A stretch of 64,000 nucleotides of DNA from the human T2T-CHM13v2.0 reference genome, Homo sapiens, in NCBI RefSeq assembly GCF_009914755.1, contig NC_060930.1, one strand, 5' to 3'. This document shows positions 57,301 through 64,000 of this stretch, piece by piece. How positions within the stretch are numbered: the first letter of the stretch is position 1; each line of letters starts with the position of its first letter. A model generated the notes under the pieces. It saw only the letters and a program-made list of their open reading frames with translations, did no database searches and was not told where the DNA came from. Position numbers and translations under genes: made by a program.

Positions 57301-57868
57301 GGACGAGGGGAATGGAGAAGGGGGAGTGAAGGGCACATACACTTAGACCCCCACCGGCCACCTACAGAAGGCCTGAGGGGACAGCCCTTTCTGAAGTGAT
57401 GCCTTCCTCTGTTGGGAAGCCAGGAGCCTCCCCTGGTGGGACCCATGAGGCCCTGGGGGTGGGGCAGGGTATGTGGGACGGGCACAGAGCCCCTTCAGTT
57501 TCCTTCTCAGGCCAGAATCATAACTGTCCATGCATTCCTTAAAAGCAGAGAGGGACCCTCTCCTTCCCCATCCATCAACAGCCTTCAGAGTCTAATTACA
57601 TGCATAGAGCTTCAGTTCCCTTCTCTGTAAAATGGGGCTAATACTAATAAGACCTCTTCAGGGCAGTGTGGGAAGTCAATGAAACTCCATCTCTAAAATC
57701 ACCCAGCAGATCATAGGATCTTGAAGTAAGCACAGTGTTTGGCATACAATAGGCACTCATCAATGCTGGTTCCTTTCACTCTCTGCCACTTGCTGCCTGT
57801 GCATGAGTTAACGTCCCAATGCCTCAGTTTCTTCATTTTCAAATGAAAGATGATGCCTATCCTCAACT

Positions 57869-57910
57869 TCAGATGAGATCAGGCACGTTCAGGGTGGTAT
57901 GGCCATAGAC
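57869..57910 (-). pseudogene. 3'-truncated (tailless) 5S rRNA retropseudogene
   Basis: Reverse complement gtctatggccataccaccctgaacgtgcctgatctcatctga matches 5S rRNA nt 1-42 with 4 CpG-type transitions; TSD c(t/c)caacttca at 57862-57871 / 57911-57920. Confidence 0.92.
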
Positions 57911-57989
57911 CCCAACTTCAAAACAACAGGCACATCCATTCAATTCAGGTAGCACCCACCAACTGTACCATGGGCTTAAGAGGCAGGAA

Positions 57990-58720
57990 GAACATGGTGT
58001 GAGCCCACAGCTTCGGGTCCTGTTGCTCACTCTCTGCACATCCTTGTGCAGTTATCTGGGGTCACTTGCTGGCCTTTTTGAGTCTCAGTTTTCTTATTTG
58101 TAAGCTGGGGATAGTCATATCTCATTAGATTTTTAGGAGGACTAAATGGGACAATAAATATAAAATGCTCAGCACAAAACTTAGTCTATGGTCAGTGCTC
58201 AACAAATATCAGTCACTGATAATAGTAGAACCACCTGGAAATGACACTGTCATTTCCAGGCCCTCATGAGGATTCTCATTTACTCGTCATACTAGCCCTG
58301 CAAAATGGACACTATTGCTTCCGTTATACAGATGAGGAAACTGAGGCTCAGAGAAGCTAAGTAACTTCTTCAAAGTTGCCCAGGCTGGGCGCGGTGCCTC
58401 ATGCCTGTAATCCCAGCACTTTGGGAGGCCAAGGCAGGCAGATTACTTGAGGGGAGGAGTTTGAGAACAGCCTGGCCAACATGACAAAACCCCCTCTCTA
58501 CCAAAAATATAAAAATTAGCCAGGCGTGGTGGCACGTGCCTATAGTCCCAGCTACTCAGGAGGCTGAGGCAGGAGAATTGCTTGAACCAGGGAGGAAGGG
58601 GTTGAGCATGCCACTGCACTTCAGCCTGGGCAATAGAGCAAGACTCTGTCTCAAAAAAAAATAAAAAAATAAAAAAGTTGCCCAGTGACAGAGCCAAGTC
58701 TTGCTTTACAAGCCTAGGCT
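57990..58720. mobile_element. MIR cluster (also ~56560-56660 and 57600-57860)
   Basis: tctcagttttcttatttgtaagctgggga; tacagatgaggaaactgaggctcagagaagctaagtaactt. Confidence 0.7.
58383..58673 (+). mobile_element. AluS inserted in MIR
   Basis: Full dimer; TSD aaagttgccca (58372-58382 / 58674-58684). Confidence 0.92.
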
Positions 58721-59126
58721 CACTCTCCTACACTAACTACCTGGCCCCATGCTGCCCAGTCCTGGGCTGGCTGCAGGAGGCTGCTGCATTACCCACCTCA
58801 AACCACACAAGCACTGGCAGTAACAAGAGGCCGTAGAGAACCTAGAGTTCTCCAGTGGGTGTGGTTCTCTGGCTGCCGTGGGCTGCCAGGGATCCCTTAG
58901 ATCACAGACTCCACAGTTCTTTCTTGCCACCTCCAGAAGTGAGGCTGCAGCCCCATGAGCCAGGCAGCAGGAAGGGAGGAAGTCTCGCTTCTTGCCAGAC
59001 ACATTGTTTAACTGCAACAGTCAGTTCTCCAAAAACTCTGCCGGAAGTCCACCCCGGAAACTCAAGGGAGGAAACTGACGCCTTCTTGGGGTTTTCTTAA
59101 CTGTGCTTCGTTTTTCTGCTCTGCAG

Positions 59127-59450
59127 GAAAGATGCAACCTGGGCCAGAGGCCCCTGGAGGCTGTGCCTGACCCCAGACAGATCAGACAAACCCGAGCAGC
59201 CATTAGCAGCTGCATGGACTCCTTTGCACTGTGGGGCTGCTCCTGGGGTGCAAGATGTCTTTGTGTGTGTATGGGGTTTGGGGGCTGGGCTGGCTGACTT
59301 GCAAAGGACACGCTGTGGCCCAGCCCTGGGCAGCATCCAGCCTGCTTAGGTGGCCTTCTGGGGGCTTGGCTAAAGACACTGAGGCCTTTCTCTGTTTCAC
59401 CTCCTTGTGCCAACTTGGCTGTGTGTGAATAAAGGAATCACAAGCACACG
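59127..59450 (+). other. Candidate terminal exon of a non-coding transcript
   Basis: Branch-like CTTAAC (59096-59101), pyrimidine tract, CTGCAG/G acceptor at 59126, AATAAA at 59428-59433. Confidence 0.35.
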
Positions 59451-59523
59451 CCTCTCTGAGTTCACACTTGTGTAAAGTTGGACTGAAGAGCTTGGTGAAT
59501 CAAAGTTCAAGAAGGGTGACTTT

Positions 59524-59998
59524 GCCGGACATGGTGGCTCACTCCTGTAATCCCAACACTTTGGGAGGCTGACGGGGAGCAGATCAGTTTAACCCAGGAG
59601 TTCAAGACCAGCTTGGACAACACAGAAAGACCCTGTCTCTACAAAAAAATTTAAAAATTAGCTAGGTGTGGTGAGATGTGCCTGTATTCGCAGCTACTCT
59701 GGAGGCTGAGGTGGGAGGATTGCTTGAGACTGGGAGGTTGAGGCTGCAGTGAGCTGTGATCATGCCATTACACTCCAGCTTGAGTGACAGAGCAGGACCC
59801 CATCTCTTAAATTTAAAAAAAGGAAGAGAAAGGAGAAGGAGGAGGAGCAGGAGAAGGAGAAGGAGGAGGAGGAGGAGGAGAAGGATAAGGAGAGGAAGAA
59901 GAGGAAGAGGAAGAAGAAGAGGAAGAAGAAAAAGGAGGAGGAGGAAGAGGAGGGGGGAGGGGGGGAGGAGGAGAAGGGAGGAGATGGAGAAGGAGGAC
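59524..59998 (+). mobile_element. AluJ (59524-59821) followed by a (GGA/GAA)n purine tract (59822-59998)
   Basis: AluJ dimer whose tail continues as ~175 bp of almost pure G/A. Confidence 0.88.
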
Positions 59999-60654
59999 AC
60001 CTCAGAAGCCCTAGATAAAAACAGGGAGGAAGAGAACAAAAACATCAAAGCTGCTGAGTCTGGTGTCAAGAGCAGGGGCCTTAAAATCTGTGTGACTTTG
60101 TCCTTTGAGTTAACCTCTCTCATCCTCAACTTCTTGTTTGTGAAGTGGGAATAAGATTTTTTTGTGAGTTTGTTCTGAGACTCATAAGTAACGTACATAA
60201 ACCTGGTGGCTCCTGGTCTGTCTTATCATCCGGGGTTAAGCTTTGAAGTGGGCACAGGTGCTGGCAGCTGTGGAATGGGGGGAGGTTGCAGGTGGGTCCC
60301 CTGGTCACAGAGAGCTCATCACTGCCAGAGCTCAGGAGCCCCCTCACTGGAGAGGCCTCACTGCCAGGGTTCAGAGCTCCCTCACTGGAGAGGGACTTCC
60401 TGAGTGTTGCAAGCTACATGGACAGACCATGTGAGATCAAGCGTCCAGGCCCCTGGGCCAAGCAAATCTTGGGCCAAGATTGTGTGGCTTTAGGGGACGT
60501 TATGGAGCCTCTCTGGGCGTCAGCTCCTCCTCTGTAAACTGGGGACTGTGGTGGCGATAATGGTACCCACATATACAGAGATTGACAAGTACTCATGAAA
60601 CAGAGCTAGGGGTGTATGTCTGTCTCACATCAAAGGGCTTTCACACTGCTCTGA

Positions 60655-60778
60655 TTTTTAATAATAATTATTATATCAGTATATATTAATATTTAATTAT
60701 ATTATTATGTTAATATATAATAATTATATATTAATTATCTTATATTAATTATTAAAATATAATAATAATTATTATTAA
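60655..60778. repeat. AT-rich low-complexity tract
   Basis: ~125 bp, about 95% AT, built from aataataattatta-type self-complementary units. Confidence 0.85.
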
Positions 60779-62277
60779 CAGCTCTGGGAGAAGGTTATCA
60801 TGAATTTTTTTTGGAGGGAGGTCAGATGACAGCTCGTCAAGGTAACAGAGTGCAAGAGAAGAGCCTGCCTTGGTTGGGGGTGGTCAGGGCCTGGGCACCC
60901 CAGAGAGACACAGGGGAGCCTGGGGGAGGACTGAGACCCCTTCTCTTGCTTAATCAACTTTTTCAAGTCAACAATGACATGTGTGCCAAGCTCTGACCCC
61001 TGATCGCAGCTTCCCCTGAGAGGGGCCTCTGTGGGGATGTCTCGCAAGGCCAGGGAGATCTGGAAACACATCCCTTCCACAGGCTACATCCATCGTCAAA
61101 AGGAGACCTCGAGGGCCCACCTGCCTGTCCTGCCTGCCCCTGTCCCCAGCCCAGAGAAGCAAGCTGAGCCACCTGCCTGTGCTCCCAAAAAGACACCCCA
61201 TCTGTCCCAGATTGATTTGCACAGAGTAAGTTACCTGTGGGGCATGTGCTGGCCAGAGGCCAAGTGGGCTCATCTATCTTCCCAGGGCAGCGTTTTAGAA
61301 CGGGGAGTGGAAATAGTGTCTAGGTTGTAATGAATTTTTGGAAGAGGGGAGGGGGTGGAGAACAGAGGAGGAGGGGGCCAGGGAGCGGGACAGAGGAGTC
61401 ACCCGAGGCTTCTCCTTTGCGGCATTTAATGGGAAAATGAGATATTTCCCAGGCAATTGCTTTTAAGTGACTATTGAAATTAATGCCTCGTTCCAGCAGC
61501 ACATCTTTGTTAGAACATTAGCCTCTCAGAGGGAGCAAGAAAATGAGAAGGGAAGAAAAAAAAAAAACCTACCTGAAATGAGCCCAGCAGAGAAGGCTGA
61601 GGACAGAGGACTTGGGGTCATGGAGTGCTTGGGGGTGAGGTGACTCTGGGATCATGCGAGGGGCCTAAGCGCCGAGGAGCCTCGGTGGCCTGGGGAGACT
61701 GTCCCGCCTGAGGGCCACCCTCCTCTGCCACCTGGGGCCGGGATATGGTTGCTGAGTGACAGGGTGACTTGGGGTCCACTGGACGGGCTCTGCCGTGGGC
61801 CCTGCTTGCCCTGTGGGCTCTCTGGCCTTCTGAGGCAGCAGGGAGGCTCTGGGCCCACACGTGGTCTCCTACAGGCTTTGGGGCCGCATTCCCAGTTTCT
61901 CGATTTCCCCGACATTGGGGGTTCACTGAGATGTTAGGGACCCCTGTAGTGATAATATCCGCTGTGACTTATGAGCACTCCCTACCTGTCAGGCACAGTC
62001 CCGGGAGGAGCAGCCTGGGTTCCTGCTGGGGAGAACCCCTTGAGCCAGCCTGAAGGCTGTGACCTTCCCAGGTCTTAAGGGCGGGGATTTCTCAGAGCTG
62101 AGACGCATGCCTTGCTTCACTTGAGGCCTGGAATGGCTTCTGTTTGTTCTTCGATTTGTGTGGGGGTGGGGGTTGTAGTTTCCTTTTTTTTTTTTTTGCT
62201 TTGTTTCTGTGCATGTATAGAATTGAGCCAAATGGAATAGGTGTTTTAAACTCTGAATGCATTTTGCCATTGCTTTT

Positions 62278-63685
62278 TTTTTTTTTTAATTGATCATTCT
62301 TGGGTGTTTCTCGCAGAGGGGGATTTGGCAGGGTCACAGGACAATAGTGGAGGGAAGGTCAGCAGATAAACAAGTGAACAAAGGTCTCTGGTTTTCCTAG
62401 GCAGAGGACCCTGCGGCCTTCCGCAGTGTTTGTGTCCCTGGGTACTTGAGATTAGGGAGTGGTGATGACTCTTAACGAGCATGCTGCCTTCAAGCATCTG
62501 TTTAACAAAGCACATCTTGCACCGCCCTTAATCCATGTAACCCTGAGTGGACACAGCACATGTTTCAGAGAGCACAGGGTTGGGGGTAAGGTCACAGATC
62601 AACAGGATCCCAAGGCAGAAGAATTTTTCTTAGTACAGAACAAAATGAAAAGTCTCCCATGTCTACTTCTTTCTACACAGACACGGCAACCATCCGATTT
62701 CTCAATCTTTTCCCCACCTTTCCCCCCTTTCTATTCCACAAAACCGCCATTGTCATCATGGCCCGTTCTCAATGAGCGGTTGGGTACACCTCCCAGACAG
62801 GGTGGTGGCCGGGCAGAGGGGCTCCTCACTTCCCAGTAGGGGTGGCCGGGCAGAGGCGCCCCTCACCTCCCGGACGGGGCGGCTGGCCGGGCGGGGGTTT
62901 GACCCCCCACCTCCCTCCCGGACAGGGTGGCTGCCGGGCGGAGACGCTCCTCACTTCCCAGACGGGGTGGCTGCCGGGCAGAGGGTCTCCTCACTTCTCA
63001 GACGGGGCGGCTGGGCAGAGACGCTCCTCACATCCCAGATGGGGCGGCAGGGCAGAGGCGCTCCCCACATCTCAGACGATGGGCAGCGGGCAGAGACACT
63101 CCTCACTTCCTAGATGGGATGGCGGCCGGGCAGAGACGCTCCTCACTTTCCAGACTGGGCAGCCAGGCAGAGGGGCTCCTCACATCCCAGATGATGGGCG
63201 GCCAGGCAGAGACGCTCCTCACTTCCCAGACGGGGTGGTGGCCGGGCAGAGGCTGCAATCTCGGCACTTTGGGAGGCCAAGGCAGGCGGCTGGGAGGTGG
63301 AGGCCATAGCTAGCCGAGATCACGCCACTGCACTCCAGCCTGGGCACCATTGAGCACTGAGTGAACGCGACTCCGTCTGCCATCCCGGCACCTCGGGAGG
63401 CCGAGGCTGGCGGATCACTCGCAGTTAGGAGCTGGAGACCAGCCCGGCCAACACGGCGAAACCCTGTCTCCACCAAAAAAATACGAAAACCAGTCAGGCG
63501 TGGCGGCGCGCGCCTGCAATCGCAGACACTCAGCAGGCTGAGGCAGGAGAATCAGGCAGGGAGGTTGCAGTGAGCCGAGATGGCAGCAGTACAGTCCAGC
63601 TTCGGCTCGGCATCAGAGGGAGACCGTGGAAAGAGAGGGAGAGGGAGACTGTGGGGAGAGGGAGAGGGAGAGGGAGAGGGAGAGC
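62278..63685 (-). mobile_element. Full-length SVA retrotransposon (SVA_D-like)
   Basis: (CCCTCT)n at 63631-63685, Alu-like ~63246-63625, short VNTR ~62790-63245, SINE-R 62288-62790, A tail; 14-bp TSD ttgccattgctttt (62264-62277 / 63686-63699) at a TTTT/AA site. Confidence 0.97.
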
Positions 63686-63948
63686 TTGCCATTGCTTTTA
63701 AAAAAGCTTGTTCTCATTTAAACTCACAGCATCAGTGAATGAGAGTGTTTATCTCACGATATCCTCACCAGCTTTATATATTATGCTTTTCAAATTTGTG
63801 CCAATTTTAGAGTGGGAAAATGGTTGTGAATGTGAATTTATAAAAGAAATAATTGTTGGTTGTTGTGAAAAATAAATATTTGTGTTGGTTTCCTAAAAAC
63901 TAGAGTTGGATCCCTAAGAATACCCAACTTTGTCAAACAACAGCAGGC

Positions 63949-64000
63949 AGCCAGGTGTGGTGGTTCACACCTGTAATCCCAGCACTTTGGGAGGCTGAGG
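63949..64000 (+). mobile_element. 5' end of an Alu cut by the window edge
   Basis: agccaggtgtggtggttcacacctgtaatcccagcactttgggaggctgagg. Confidence 0.9.

Noticed and set aside
59662-60198. Poly-Arg (protamine-like) and poly-Leu (membrane-like) ORFs
   Set aside because: Artefacts of the GA-rich low-complexity tail of an AluJ.

Overview
Primate (almost certainly human or great-ape, given a full-length SVA plus AluY and THE1) non-coding, repeat-rich intergenic or intronic DNA. I see no intact protein-coding gene. The supplied ORF track is almost entirely spurious or derived from transposon and pseudogene remnants. Recognisable non-TE features are a processed RPL34 pseudogene (one nonsense codon), an old processed GAPDH pseudogene with the non-human MVKV N-terminus, and a 42-nt tailless 5S rRNA retrocopy. 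TEs include a full-length SVA with TSD, full-length THE1A and MSTB-type MaLR proviruses, a near-complete Tigger1, many nested LTR/L1/Alu/MIR/L2 fragments and several microsatellites. The best second-look items are: a candidate spliced plus-strand lncRNA (possible MER39 first exon, internal exon 49096-49253, terminal exon from 59127 with AATAAA); a templated-insertion repair scar at 16314-16456; an L1MA with 5' inversion and possible 3' transduction; and a tiny orphan poly(A) insertion at 5469-5525. I found no evidence of a novel multi-gene system. Repeat subfamily names come from recalled consensus sequences, and boundaries of old elements are approximate.
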